NCBI GenBank assembly: GCA_963924565.1
Contig: OZ004608.1
Location: 37,324,001-37,388,000 of the forward strand
From: Ascidiella aspersa
Lineage: Eukaryota
Reading direction: 5' to 3'
DNA: 64,000 nucleotides
Each line of letters starts with the position of its first letter. Position 1 is the stretch's first letter. A program made the translations under genes and the position numbers. The notes under the pieces are model-generated. The model did no database searches and was not told the DNA's origin. It was given only the letters and a program-made list of their open reading frames with translations. Below, one piece after another: positions 26,286-38,797 of the stretch.

Positions 26286-27633
26286 GATTTGCTTGTTTGT
26301 AAAGCCAAACAGTCCAACTAATGCTTTGAAATCTATATTTCATTGCAACAACACTTGTTTGTGACTTTTAAGTCCAAATATTCCCTCCCTTTTGTATTTT
26401 TTTAGCAAACCATAACGTTCTGCAGCTGAACAGGTTTTCGTAAAATTTACATAAAACTCCGCAACTTAACATCGTGCTTCATCCCCCTTTAACAAAACGT
26501 GACGAGAGCTGAACCTGCGCAAACCAAACGAAAACGTTCTCGCTGGAACGAAGGCAATTAACCTTCATCGGTTCTGATCGGGACTTTCTAGGCAAGCGTG
26601 GGAAATATAATTTAAACCTCAATCTCGACCTCAATCTCGAGGATCAGAAGTAGGATCAGACTGACAAACAGCTCAAAAGTAAGGTATATGGTGGGAATAT
26701 AAAGCTGTTTACTCGAGCAGTGTCTACATTCAACATCATATTTTAATTTTTTTAACATTGGAATGGAAATATATGAGTCTCTAGGAATATACGTATATAG
26801 GGGATTTCAATACTGCCTAGCTTTTTTTTACCACATTTTATATTAATAAACACATAGATATTTGATTGCTTAGCTATAATTTTATTTAAAAGAACTGTTC
26901 AAATAGAAGTTTTTAGCTTTTGTTTTAAATACCTTCGAATATTGCTGTTAGGTCTTTTATAGTTGTCACGTCAATGCAAAAACTCAGCTGTTATCCCAAA
27001 GCCTATATTTAAAGAAAACAAGCAGGAATAATATAATAATTCGAATCAAGGATATGCATTTTGACAAATGACAATTAATCTACAAGGGTGTTACAACAAT
27101 AATACTATACGTAACAGTCGGTGTACAAGTTTAAAACAAAACATAAACCTCTAAAGGGTAAAAAAATAATCTTGGATCTGTTTTAAGTATTTTCTGGTGT
27201 TAACTGCCACTTAAAAGTTTTTTCGTTTTATTATTTTGGCACTAATTTCGCACAAAGCACAGAAATGCTAATTTACATAATGATAATCTACATACACATA
27301 ATATCTTTAAAAACTAATCAAACTGAATGTCAAACAAATTTGAGCTCTGAAAGTGACTTGTCCTTTTAAACCGGTTCGGAAAACACCTGTAATTTATTGC
27401 AATCAGACACGAAGCAATTTCGGGAAAGCCACACGTAATGTTAAACGCAAGCCTCGTTCAACACAAACCGAAAAATAACGGCAACGATTTCTTGTCGGCG
27501 GAACATCTCGCCTTAAGCATCGCACGGGGAAAGATCGGCGTCGCAATCCACCTACGTCACAATGGCACGCACGCGCTGCGCTAAACTTTGCGGGCCTCGG
27601 GCGCGTGAAAACGCAATGTTCGAGTTTTGAGCT

Positions 27634-27640
27634 TATAAAA
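27634..27640 (+). promoter_or_regulatory. Candidate TATA box of the WxxW gene
   Basis: TATAAAA about 90 nt before the ATG at 27727, in a locally GC/CpG-rich patch (27480-27690). Confidence 0.5.
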
Positions 27641-27726
27641 GCGACCGACGCTAAGTTGTTAATGTGCGTGTTTAACCGGGCTTCGCATGCAAGAGTTTTG
27701 TTTAAAGTATAACACTAAGTTTGAAG

Positions 27727-30700
27727 ATGATTGGAATTGTCACGAAGATAGTTTTTGGGTTGATGTTGTTGACCACTGCTGCTTACGGGCGCCCTAAACA
27801 TGGTATGTTGCACTTTAAGTTGATGTAAAGCTGTTATTTAAACTTGTTTTAAAAAAACGTACATTGTTGTTTTTTTTACGATTTTATGAGTATATTTTTT
27901 TAATGTAAATTTTACTTAAAACGGTTATTGTACTGTTATTGAATAATATCCCAACAGTTATTGAATAATATCCCAACAGTACACAATTTTACCACTTAAG
28001 ATTTTTTCGATTAATTATGTTTAGAAGTGACGTTTTTTAATAAATACATTCAAGTTAGGCAAGTCAGCTTGACTTTGATGTTACGTTTGCAAAAATTAGC
28101 TAAACTTTAAAATGTTAAAAAGTCTTACAGAAAATACCCTTACTGCAAACCAATAAAATTTTTGGCCAAAATTAAATATTCTCAAATCCATATGTAGTTT
28201 AAAAAAATAGCTCCACAGAGTGTATCGCAGTAGCATCGTTTTAAAGTTAAAACAAAAGAAAAGTTGATGATTTTTTTTGATATCAGTGTTGCATGTTTTA
28301 TATAGTTTTTTATAAAAAACACAACACAAAATGTATATTGGTAATTTGATAATCATGCTTATTTAGTTTTGTTTAGTTTAATTTCAAATTAAAAATATAC
28401 ATTGATATTCAGATGATATTCAGAGTCTTACCTATTTATAGTTTTCAATTTTATTAAAAAATTATAAAAAATACTGATTTCAGAGTATTACTTATTCCGT
28501 TTTTTTTTCAGGTAAAAAAATCACAAAAGGTAAAAAATTACAAAATTCTTTTCAAAAATAAATTGAAAAAAACACAATATTTTTGTATTTTCAGATTGTA
28601 TTTTGGGAAACACTGAGCCGGCACCGAAGCCTCCTACACCAGAATGTAAGAATGGTGTTTGGACGAATTGGTACGATACCGACGATCCTTCGAACGGCTG
28701 GACATTCCAGGATAACTGCGACATTGAGAAGTTCAGTGTAATCCGGGACCTTCACCCCGAGATATGCGCCAACCCTTCAGCAGTTGATGTTCAGGTTGTG
28801 AATGGACCCCCGCACCAACTGGCTTGGAACATTGACATCTCTGTGAGCGAAGTCAAGTGCTGTCATGGCAGCAACATGATATCATCGACCGCTTGCCTTG
28901 TGTGCCATGACTATGAGGTCCGCTACTGTTGCCCTGCAAGTAAGTAAAACACTCTTTTGTTTGCCAGTAAGTTACTATTGCCCTGCAAGTAAGTAAAACA
29001 CTCTGTTGTCTGCCAGTAAGCTACTATTGCCCTGCAAGTAAGTAAAAAACACTGTTTTCTGCCAGTAAGCTACTAGTGCCCTGCAAGTAAGTAAAATCAA
29101 TATAAAATAGTATCTTATTTGGTCAATTGTATTTAGACCAGTGCTTCCCAACCAGTGAAAGCTATTCCAGGTGGGTCGCGAATCATTTCTAAATGTTACA
29201 GTTTTCTATCTGATTTATATTTTTGCATTATCATTACGTAACATACGTAACTACCTCATGTTTCGCATTAATAGCAAATTACCAGTTTTGTTATTATGTG
29301 AAATTTCACCATCAAAACTGTAATCGTTAGACAACGTTTGTGGCTTTAAGTTAATGTTTAATTTGATGTTTGGGAAAATATAACGTTATTTTAATTTATA
29401 AGCTTAATTATGCTAGACCAATGGTTCTCTACCTTGTTCTTTCGTGGCCCATTTACGTTTATTTTTTTGAAAGAAAAAGCTTTAAAATAGGTTTAGAACA
29501 AAACACAGCAGAACATATTTTAAACAGATTATTTATTCAACCGTGCATTAATTAGTGAAATACTTGCAGCTGAACAATAAATTTGCATTCCTTTATAATT
29601 CCTCCCCAAGCCATTATTCCTGCAAAATTCAATATAATGACACAAATAAAACTAAATCTAGCTTTTTTAAATTGGTCCGTGGCCAACCTCAAATGTTCTT
29701 ACGGCCCAGCAGTCAGCCATGGCCCACTGGTTGAGAAGGGCTGTGCTAGAACTTTCTACGTGGTATTGCCGAAAAGCATGGGCTACATCAAATCAATTCG
29801 GATATTTCAGTTAAGAGTAGTATTAGTATTAAATCCCATGTTGAAAGCAAATAAAGAGTTGTTCGAGACCTTCACAAAATGTTACCTATGATACTTCTGC
29901 ATGGGATTTGATATTTATTCTACGTCCAACTACATCTTCTAGCCATTATCTTAAGATTTATGCGAAACATTCAAATTGCTACCCACATTATGTATGGGCT
30001 GTTATATTTTTTCTACGTCCAACTACAACTTCTAGCCATTATCTTCAGATTTACTCGAAACGTTCAAAATGCTAGATACTTCTGTATGGGATTTGATATT
30101 CATTCTACTTCCAACTACAACCTCCAGCCATTATCTAAAGATTTATTAAAAACCTTCACAAAATGACACCTACTTCTGTATTTGCTTTGATATTTATTCT
30201 ACGTCCAACTACAACTTCCCGCAATTATCTTAAGATTTATGCGAAACATTCAAATTGCTACCCACATTATGTATGGGCTGTTATATTTATTCTACGTCCA
30301 ACTACAACCTCTAGGCATTATATTAGGATTTATTCAAAACGTTCAAAATGCTAGATACTTCTGTATGGGATTTGATATTCATTCTACGTCTAACTACAAC
30401 CTCCAGCCATTATCTTAAGATTTATTCGAAACATTTTAAATGCTACCTATACTCTGTATGGGCTAAATATTCCTACTCACCCTTGTTTCTTCGTTACAGC
30501 CGTCGGTAAATGTGAGGTTGGAACTCAATACTCTTCCGTTAACTGGGGTCCGTGGTGGAACGTTGACACCCCAAACACTAATGGAGACGACCTGGAAGTG
30601 GTTACTAACAATATGCTTGGAGGAAAAATACCAGTTTGCGCTAATCGAATCGCCATCGAGGCGCGTGTGGTATTAACCAACTTGCCTTATGCGTCCGGGG

Positions 30701-30852
30701 GTGATATTCTTACTTTCGTGAGCGCTGCTAATGGTTTAAAGTGTCCCTTGGGGGGAACAGAGTGCAAGGATTACAAGGTCCGCTTCTGCTGCGCCAAGAA
30801 AAGGACAACTGTGGGTGTGAGCCAGCACATGTTTCAACACGAGAGGCAATAA
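27727..30852 (+). CDS. Secreted protein with two WxxW (mucin CysD / CILP-type) domains, about 257 aa. Exons 27727-27802, 28595-28939, 30500-30852
   Basis: Signal peptide MIGIVTKIVFGLMLLTTAAYG. Domain 1 WTNWYDTDDP...C.DYEVRYCC; domain 2 WGPWWNVDTP..NGDDLE...CKDYKVRFCC. Phase-1 introns; spliced length 774 nt, open. Confidence 0.9.
28923..29097 (+). repeat. 49-bp tandem repeat x3.5 spanning the exon 2 donor of the WxxW gene
   Basis: CTACTRTTGCCCTGCAA|GTAAGTAAAA occurs four times. Confidence 0.92.
29419..29743. mobile_element. Charlie-like hAT MITE in intron 2 of the WxxW gene
   Basis: Ends CAATGGTTCTCTACC...GGTTGAGAAGGGCTG. TSD TGCTAGAC/TGCTAGAA. Confidence 0.8.
29860..30470. repeat. About 92-bp minisatellite x6.5 with ABC-ABC higher-order structure
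   Basis: TGTATGGG..TGATATT.ATTCTACGTCCAACTACAAC recurs at about 29897, 29991, 30082, 30177, 30270, 30361, 30454. Confidence 0.9.
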
Positions 30853-30904
30853 TATTTCAAGGAACCTGAAAGAACTGATAACGGAACACGACGCCTTGCT
30901 ATGT

Positions 30905-31056
30905 AGTTAAAATTATATCCTGCTAAAATGAACGCTTGTTAGAATCATATCTTGCTAAAATGAACGCTTATAGAATGATATCCTGCTAAAATTGTGCGCT
31001 TATTAGAATCATATCTTGCTAAATTGAACGCTTATTAAAATTATACCGTGTTAAAA
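30905..31056. repeat. About 32-bp tandem repeat x4-5 in the 3' UTR region of the WxxW gene
   Basis: TTAGAATCATATCTTGCTAAAATGAACGCTT units. Confidence 0.85.
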
Positions 31057-32723
31057 TATAAAGTTAAAATTTCTGCATTTGTTTTTGTTGTCTGCAGCAA
31101 AAAATATAATATTTGTTATATTTCTCGACATGTAAGAGTAATTTTACTCAATATGATTTTGGCGATGCCGCTTGTATTTTAACAACATTCATCATATAAT
31201 ATTCACTTTAAAATACTATCACAATATGTTTGACTTTAAAATGCTTTAAAAGTGTCTCAATATTGATGTTACAAAAATAAAACATTTGCAGAACAAAGTG
31301 TAGTGTGTAATACTTTTATTCTTGTCCAGTGTTTAATGGACTTTGTTTATTATAAATTTTAGTGCATTATTTTCTGATGCGAAATATCTGGTAAATTTTC
31401 AATTTTTTTTAATTTTTTTTTTCATTAAACAGGACAAAACTATAAAGCCTATTTTATTTTAAGGGGTTAAACCGTTGCAGGTATTAAATATATACACTTT
31501 CCAAAATGTTAACAAGTTTATATAAAAAAGGTTTAAAAGAGCAACACTGTTATCTTGGCATAATTTCAGTTATTGCAAATATTGGAAACCTGTTAGCCCG
31601 AAGTTATGTCTATCTGTCACACTCAAAAAGTTGATCCCAAGAAACATATTGGCTGCTAAAAAAATACCGTGAGCCTGCGTCTATATCCATTGTAAACTTT
31701 TGTATCTATACAAAGCACTTACAATTTTAGATATTTTATTTTCTAAAAGCCATCAAAACATTAAACGGACATTTGAACTTTATAAAAGTTTTGCAAATAC
31801 AACGAAATTAATGCATTTTCAAATACAATTGGCGATAAAATAAATGAAAAACCTTTTCGGGCTGGAAAGCAGCTTTAGCGATTATTGTTATTCGTTTTTG
31901 CCTTAATTTAACTTTTCAGCAAATATAATTCAACACTTATGCATTTTAAAAATAACTTTTTGTCGGATATATTAGGGCACTTTAAACTAATATTTTTTTA
32001 AGTCGCCCAGTGAAAGACCAAATTAAAAATTTCTTGCCTGGTTTTCTATTTTTCTTTGTAATTTCTACTTTCTTTAGAATTCATCGGGTTTTTCTTTAGC
32101 AACATAAAAGCCCGTTTTTTTTTCCTATTCAAATCCCAGCAGTTCAATATTAAAATTCCCATTTTAGGTTGCGGATTCAATGAAATTATAAAAATATACA
32201 AAACCTTTTTTTTTCAATTTCAGTCATGTTGCAATATTATAAACCTATTAGAAAAAAATTATGTCAAATCGTCACACCGAAGAATTCCGTTTCCAAAGAA
32301 AATGATTTGCCGCTAAAAAAACACACTAAAAGCTTTCATCTATAAAAGGCTTAGCCTAGTTTTTTTTTGTTTTTTCTTTATTCTACTAACCTTTGTTTTT
32401 TTTTGTTTTTTTTGTTTTTTTATTCTGTCCTATTCAAATCACAGTATTCAAGATTACGGAATCAAAACGCAAATATTGCGAAGTACCAATCTTTTCATCA
32501 AACTAAGATCCAAGAAGCAAAAAATTTCACTCGAACTTTAAAAAGTCCATACATCTTTATAAACGTATGAAATTTATCTTTATTCGTTGTTTGAGAAGGT
32601 AAAAATAAATGAAGAATTATTCGAAACGTTTAAAATGCTACGTACTTCTGTATAGGCTTTAATATTCAACGTCATACTACAACCTCCAATTATTATGCTC
32701 TGAACCTTTACAGTTTCACAAAA

Positions 32724-33803
32724 CTACAAGTAGAACTTGCACACAGTGCTCATGTCCACGTTTCCCCCGCACAGAACCAAACCAACGTGCTTAATATCGT
32801 CTTTTGCGACCTTAGCGAAAGCCTCGCTCATAACAACAGCAACAGCAACCCCAGCCACCGGCTCAATCAACAGCTTAGCTCTCTCCCAAATCAGCTTCGT
32901 AGCTTCTATGATCTCCTCTTCTCCCACCACGAAAGCGTCCTCCACAAACTCCTCCAGGATGGGCCACGTCTTCTCCGATATGGTGCATCCCACTCCTTCA
33001 GCCACCGTGTCCAGATCCCGGTCCACATCAGTCCTCCGCCCATTCCTCTTCGACACGAAGAAGCTGTTCGCTTTCTCCGGCTCCGCTGAGAAGATCCGGA
33101 TGTTGGGATTGAGTTGCTTAGCAGCGATCGCGATCCCACCCATGAGGCTCCCGGTTCCCACCGGGATCACAAGAGCATCTAAGTGAGGATGATCTTTAAG
33201 CATCTCCAGGCCGACAGTTCCGTTCCCGGATATGATTCCAGGGCAGAAAGAAGCAAGGACTCGAACCGCTTCTCGCTCCCTGTGGATCTCATCCACCATC
33301 TTGTCTTGCTCGTCATGCTCGATTCCACCATCCACAATCTCGGCTCCAAAGCTTCTCATCGCATCCAGCTTGCTCTTACTTGCTGCAGGTGGAACCACGA
33401 CAACGCTATTGACTCCGCGAAGCTGACAGACCTTGGCCAAAGCCTGGCCTTGATTTCCACAGCTGCTAGTAACTGCACATTTAAGTCCATCTTCTTTAAT
33501 GAGCTCCAATGCGTTTGTGATTCCTCTGTATTTGAAGCTTCCAGTGCTCTGCAGATTTTCCGCTTTCATGTAGACCTTGAATCCCGAGCGCTGGTTGAGA
33601 GTCGAACACTGAACCGTCGGAGTTCGGACGACAAAAGGCTTGATGCGCCGCCCTGCCGCCACTACGTCATCAAAGTCGATGCAAAAACGCTTCTTGACCT
33701 TAAGTGACCCCGCCTTGAACTCAGAATCGAAACTGAAATATAATGATTTGCATTTTTTAAACTTTTGTTGCTGTCGCTGATTCTTTTTTAAGGAAAACAT
33801 CAA
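32724..33803 (-). CDS. SRR: Serine racemase / serine-threonine dehydratase family PLP enzyme (fold type II). Catalytic domain is in one exon; true start uncertain (acceptor-like TTTCAG at 33733-33738)
   Basis: KAENLQSTGSFKYRG (PLP lysine), SSCGNQGQALA, GNGTVGLE, PVGTGSL, AEP, WERAKLLIEP..GVAVA and LCGGNVD. The WERxKLLIEP stretch resembles animal serine racemases; orthology not proven. Confidence 0.88.
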   Translation of the reverse strand: MMFSLKKNQRQQQKFKKCKSLYFSFDSEFKAGSLKVKKRFCIDFDDVVAAGRRIKPFVVRTPTVQCSTLNQRSGFKVYMKAENLQSTGSFKYRGITNALELIKEDGLKCAVTSSCGNQGQALAKVCQLRGVNSVVVVPPAASKSKLDAMRSFGAEIVDGGIEHDEQDKMVDEIHREREAVRVLASFCPGIISGNGTVGLEMLKDHPHLDALVIPVGTGSLMGGIAIAAKQLNPNIRIFSAEPEKANSFFVSKRNGRRTDVDRDLDTVAEGVGCTISEKTWPILEEFVEDAFVVGEEEIIEATKLIWERAKLLIEPVAGVAVAVVMSEAFAKVAKDDIKHVGLVLCGGNVDMSTVCKFYL

Positions 33804-36645
33804 TGTATATTATTGACAATTCAAGTATCTTTTATCGAAAATCCCTAATTTTAAAACATGTTTTAAAATAATATTTTCCTATTTTTTACCATTTATCGTT
33901 TTATTTTCATTTCGTACCGACATATTGGATTTTTGTGCTTTTAAAACAGGAGTATTTCTGGTAATATGAGGTCCGATCCCGTACAATGTGACATTACCAC
34001 AATTACTTTTCCTTGCAAGTCTTGCAGTGCTATTAGTTGTTTGTTTCTATCGCCACAAAATGACTGTTTTTAGATTTGAGTTAAAATGAAGATAAAAACA
34101 TAAAATACGTTTCTATTTGATATAAAAAAAGCTTGTTTAATTATTTAAGTGTTTGTATTTGCTAGCAATTTGCAACGAATGTCGAACTGCAAAAAAATTT
34201 GTGGAAGGGATCATTTGTCAGCATTTAAGCAATGTTGCCAATAAGTTGCTTAGACAAAACGACTTGAAGTTATTTAAACACACATAGTTTTTTTTGTAAC
34301 GAAATCAGGTTGCAATTAAGGGTTTATTTGTACCTTTAATGTTAAGAGTTTTGTATTTTATAATTATGTCTCAAATGTCATAGTATTAAAAGTTATTAAC
34401 AACATAGGGGTTAAATCTAAATGATTATAATAAGCTCTGTATGAGCTTATATTGAGTTCCATAGAAACTGTATGAACGTTAAATATAAAGTCTCATACCT
34501 TCCATTCTGCATCTTAAAACTCATGTCCGCTTCCAAAAATACGTTATTTCTTCAAATGATGGCAATACGAGAACAGTGTATCAAAGGAACACAGTGCAAG
34601 AAATTTCAAAATAGCCCCAACACTTTAGTAGTGCGCGAACTTCGCCGATGCCCTAAGCCTTTCAACACCAGAAGAATGCCTAAAAAAACGAAGTATGTGT
34701 GCTATTTAACCATTTTCACCGTCGTACGAAAACTATCAATAACTTCGTACACCCCGCAAGTGCACCAAGGCGTACAACGTGGCGCCGTGAAGCCGGCAAC
34801 CCTAAAACCTGCTGTAAAAAAAACTAGGGCGCACTACAAAAATCAAGCCCAACTGCTATAGGTTTAAATTGCCAATCTTTTTGTGTAGAGGATACGTGAC
34901 GTAGGGATCCATGTATCCACTTTTAAAAAACTCTTTTGTCCCAAGATGGAGTTTTAAGTTACTGGCTGCAATAAGAATAATAAAACACCAAGGCGTGAAA
35001 GCCACGTGGCGCAATGGAACCGGCAACCTTAAAAGTTGCTGTTTTACGAACTGGGCTACAAAATCGAGTTTATAAATGCGTCAGGTTTTGATTGTCAATC
35101 TTCCTTTGTAGAGAGCCTTTGGCAAATGCCTTCACATAGGGCAAACAAGTTGTGGGCCGTTTACTGAACAGCTGTATGGCTCCATAAAAATCGTTGCATA
35201 AGTTTGCGAGCGCAAAACCTGGCTATAATGCTTTTACATTCGTTTAACTTCTACACGTGGTTATTACGATACAACAGCCAGATTCTCCCAAAATAAATTG
35301 TTCAATGTAATTTTGTGACATAAATAGACAAACAGTATTCGCGAAAAGCGCGATTTTTTTCATTCACGTAGTTAAAGCATGCAAACATTATAGTTTGGCA
35401 GGCATTGCCTTGTGCATAACCAGTCAGAAGCGTGTCTTCAAACAAAATACAAACATGGGCCATGATAAAGATAAAAATATTCTGCCCCTCACTGTTGTAA
35501 CATGCACTGACCAAGTCTATATAGGCCTACCCTTTGCATTCCTTAAATCAGTTTCACATTAGCTTTAGTCATGTGTACAGTACAATCTACCCGATTAAAA
35601 AGCACTGTTTTAAAACATGCTTATGCCGAAAAAAAACTATTGTCATGAAAATGTGTTGAATAGTAACGTACGTAAAACGTTTTAGTGCAGAAACAGGATG
35701 CTATGTCATGGCAAAGCTAGACAGGCTGCGGTAATTATGCTTCCTGTCACGACAGATGGCTTGCTTCGACGCCAAAGAATGTTACAGCGAGTGACAAGCT
35801 TTTTTTGTGAAAGTGACTCTCCCAGAAAAGGCGCTATGAACTCAGGTCTGTTTTTTTAGTGATTAAAAAACTTTTTTTCGCCCAAAACTGCGAACAATAC
35901 TCAGTGTAAGTTTTTTCCCTTTCGCCATAGTTCCATGTTTTGTTCTTGCACGCGCATAAGCACACTCACTTAATTAGGCGCGGTTCCACGTAAAGAATGT
36001 ACTTAGCTTCTAGCCTTTGGGCCCATTTAGTTGCTATTTAAACTCTTGTTTATCGGTGCATGGTGCAGTCGGACTACTACGAAACACTTTACACGCCAGA
36101 CATCAAACTTTGGTATGTTTTTCGCAACCTTTTTTGTTTGTATATGAAGTATTGTGCGCTAAACATTTCCTTTTTCGTCTTACAGAAAACCTGCAGCGTT
36201 TCTCTACTGAACTTGCTTTCTACTGTGCGAGAATTGTACGTTCGCTATTGTCCTTGTAGACGCAAGCAATTCATAAAAAGAAGTGCTGAGTATTGCAACG
36301 CTTGATTTCTACACTCAGATAATTTCAAAATATACATTGAAGTGAAACAACGCATCAAATTTGACAAATATCAGCACGAGAGTTGGCAGTCAAATATCTA
36401 CGGCACTCACACGAAAATACACAAATTTTATATTTGGGCCACATATTTTGGCCATCGAGATTTATAAAAACCCTAGCCAGAAATACCTATAGAAACCTGT
36501 ATAAATTGCAATGAACAGTACAGTCCTAAATTAACCTCAAAAATCAACATAAAGTTTAGGACACAATGGGCGTATTATTGCTGTGTTGTTTTTTTTTCTT
36601 GGAATTACAGAGCCAAAAGTGATCCATTATAATAATAGTCTAATC

Positions 36646-37266
36646 TAAGGTGTCGGCCACCTTTTCCTACTCGTGGTTTAAATCCGAACTCAGAAAGACG
36701 GCGGCGGGCCGTAATAAATTTTAACCGACAATTTTGTTAAAATAAGTATTATGTTAACAGCTGTTGATTAGGGGCGGACCTACAGGGTTATTTTACGATT
36801 GAAAATAGGTAATTTAACATTAAAGAAACAATGCGGTACCGCGCGAAAAACTCATTAGTTTTGTTCAAAATGATCCATGATTATATTTTCACCAGATCCA
36901 TAATCACAATGAAAAGGTAAATAAACGTACTTTAGGAAAACACGATAAACGTAAATGTTAATCTAGTGCGTAATTTGAATAAGTTCGTTAAACTCTCGAT
37001 GCTAAATTGTTTATATTCACAATGAATTCGTGCGGACGCAATAAAATGCATTCAGATTTACAAAACTCCCATTGTAGATAGTTGCAGGGTATACTCGGCG
37101 TCTTTAGATTAAAAAGGTTCCCTTTAAGCGTAAACATACCACAATTTAAATCTAGATGCAAGAACAAGGGTACAATTTTTTTATTTTACAGCCTCGGGTT
37201 CAGTTTTTTAAAGGAGGTGGCGGGTGAAATGATTTACATTGGCGGGACGTAGGTTGTCCACCCCTG
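36646..37266. mobile_element. hAT-type MITE
   Basis: Ends TAAGGTGTCGGCCACC...GGTTGTCCACCCCTG with GGCGGGCCG subterminal motifs. TSD GTCTAATC/GTCTAAAC. Confidence 0.7.
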
Positions 37267-38343
37267 GTCTAAACTCTAAATCATCAACAAAGTGTCTGTT
37301 CAAAATAATTTATGATAAATTTTCCTCTTAATATGTTCGATTATTAAAAAAGCAAATAGCTTATTTCCCGTATTAGTGTTCCCTACTAGTGATAGAAGTG
37401 TGAGGGCAGTTGACACACCTTCAAAAACTACTGTCAAGCGTTTCGAATATTTTCTTTGTATATAAAAATACATTTTGAAGGGGTTCTTTCGTAAACTATT
37501 TTCAACCGAATACCAAATGCTGGAAAAACAAGTTTAACCAAATACCCCCGAAACAGGCGCGGATCCAGAATTTTTTCCGGGTTGTATTAATATTTAGAAG
37601 TGACGTCACAAGCGAAATCTTAACGTGACGTCATAAAAAAGTAACGTTAAAAACACCACAAAGTTCGGTTATTATGTTAAAGTTTAGGGTTGACAAGATG
37701 CTAGTTTCAATAGAAAATCTACATTATAAAGAAGAAATATATATGTTAATGTCTTATAATCTGTTGGTGACTCCTTATTTATGCCATTTTTCATTGTATG
37801 TAACCCGTATTGCTTTCCTTTTAACCTGCATTGTATTATACCCACACAACCCACAAATAAGAAAATAAACACCGGCACCTGGCCGAAGAGGCAATAAACG
37901 AATGATGAGGCTAGTCATACCCAAACCATCCCCCGATAGCGCCTCCCCTCCCACAATGAATTCCGTGCCACTCCCTTCTGAAGGACTGGTAGACGGTTGT
38001 CCGGAGGCGGAAGCCCTCACCTCGAATATAATAGATAAAGTAACTTTGGTATTTTTTTTGGTTTAAATAATACCAATGACTAAATTCTGAGTTTTGTGAA
38101 AAAAAAAAATTTCCGCAGCTTGAAACTCGAGAGTTTGTAACAGACCTGGTCTGAATTTGCCAGATTATTTACAAAAAAATATTAATTTGCGCAAAGCAAA
38201 AAATCCCTTTAAATCGTTTAATCTGCCAAAAAGATAAGCAAATTTAATAGGGGGAAATGGACATGTCCCCCGAATCCGCTACTTCCCTCAACTATTCACT
38301 GAGCTATAAGGCGACTAGCAGCATGTTTTTTGTTGTTTTAAAA

Positions 38344-38797
38344 CAGTGGTCGGCAAACTTTTTTTGTCGCGGCCCAAAGTACTCTTTCAAAGCTATTGAA
38401 GGCCCACTACGTTAAACCACTACGAAAAAGTGGCGGATTCGGGATATTTGACTTTAAGGTAAAATATAATACGGCGCCTTGGTGCCCAAAACACTGCCAT
38501 ATAATAATGTAAAACATACTATAAAACGAAGAATATACGCACGAAGCGCAACAATATTTTCAATTACCGGTACTTACAGTTTAAGTTGGCAAACAATATA
38601 GTTGGACAGGCTCCCACATTTGGCACGCGGGTCTTTCTAAGCTGAGCCAATTTAAAAATTATACGCCACACCAACTTTTAAAAGTAGCGCAATGAATGCA
38701 CGACTATCACGCGGCCCACAAATACATTATAAATCTAAGCAATTCAAAAGTGATACACCGGACACGAAAATTGGCTCTGCGGCCCACAGTTTGCCGA
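38344..38797. mobile_element. Charlie-like MITE (left TIR intact, right TIR clipped). Right-hand portions also at 43245-43481 and about 24115-24209
   Basis: CAGTGGTCGGCAAAC at 38344. GGCTCTGCGGCCCACAGTTTGCCGA(CCACTG) at about 38773 and 43451-43481. Confidence 0.75.

Noticed and set aside
32737-33707. Long plus-strand ORFs (149, 100 and 174 aa) opposite the racemase
   Set aside because: Antisense shadows of a GC-richer coding sequence; no recognisable motifs.
34472-36420. ORFs and splice-like signals between the racemase and 36.4 kb
   Set aside because: No protein similarity recognised and no consistent exon chain could be built. An upstream racemase exon may lie here but I could not locate it.
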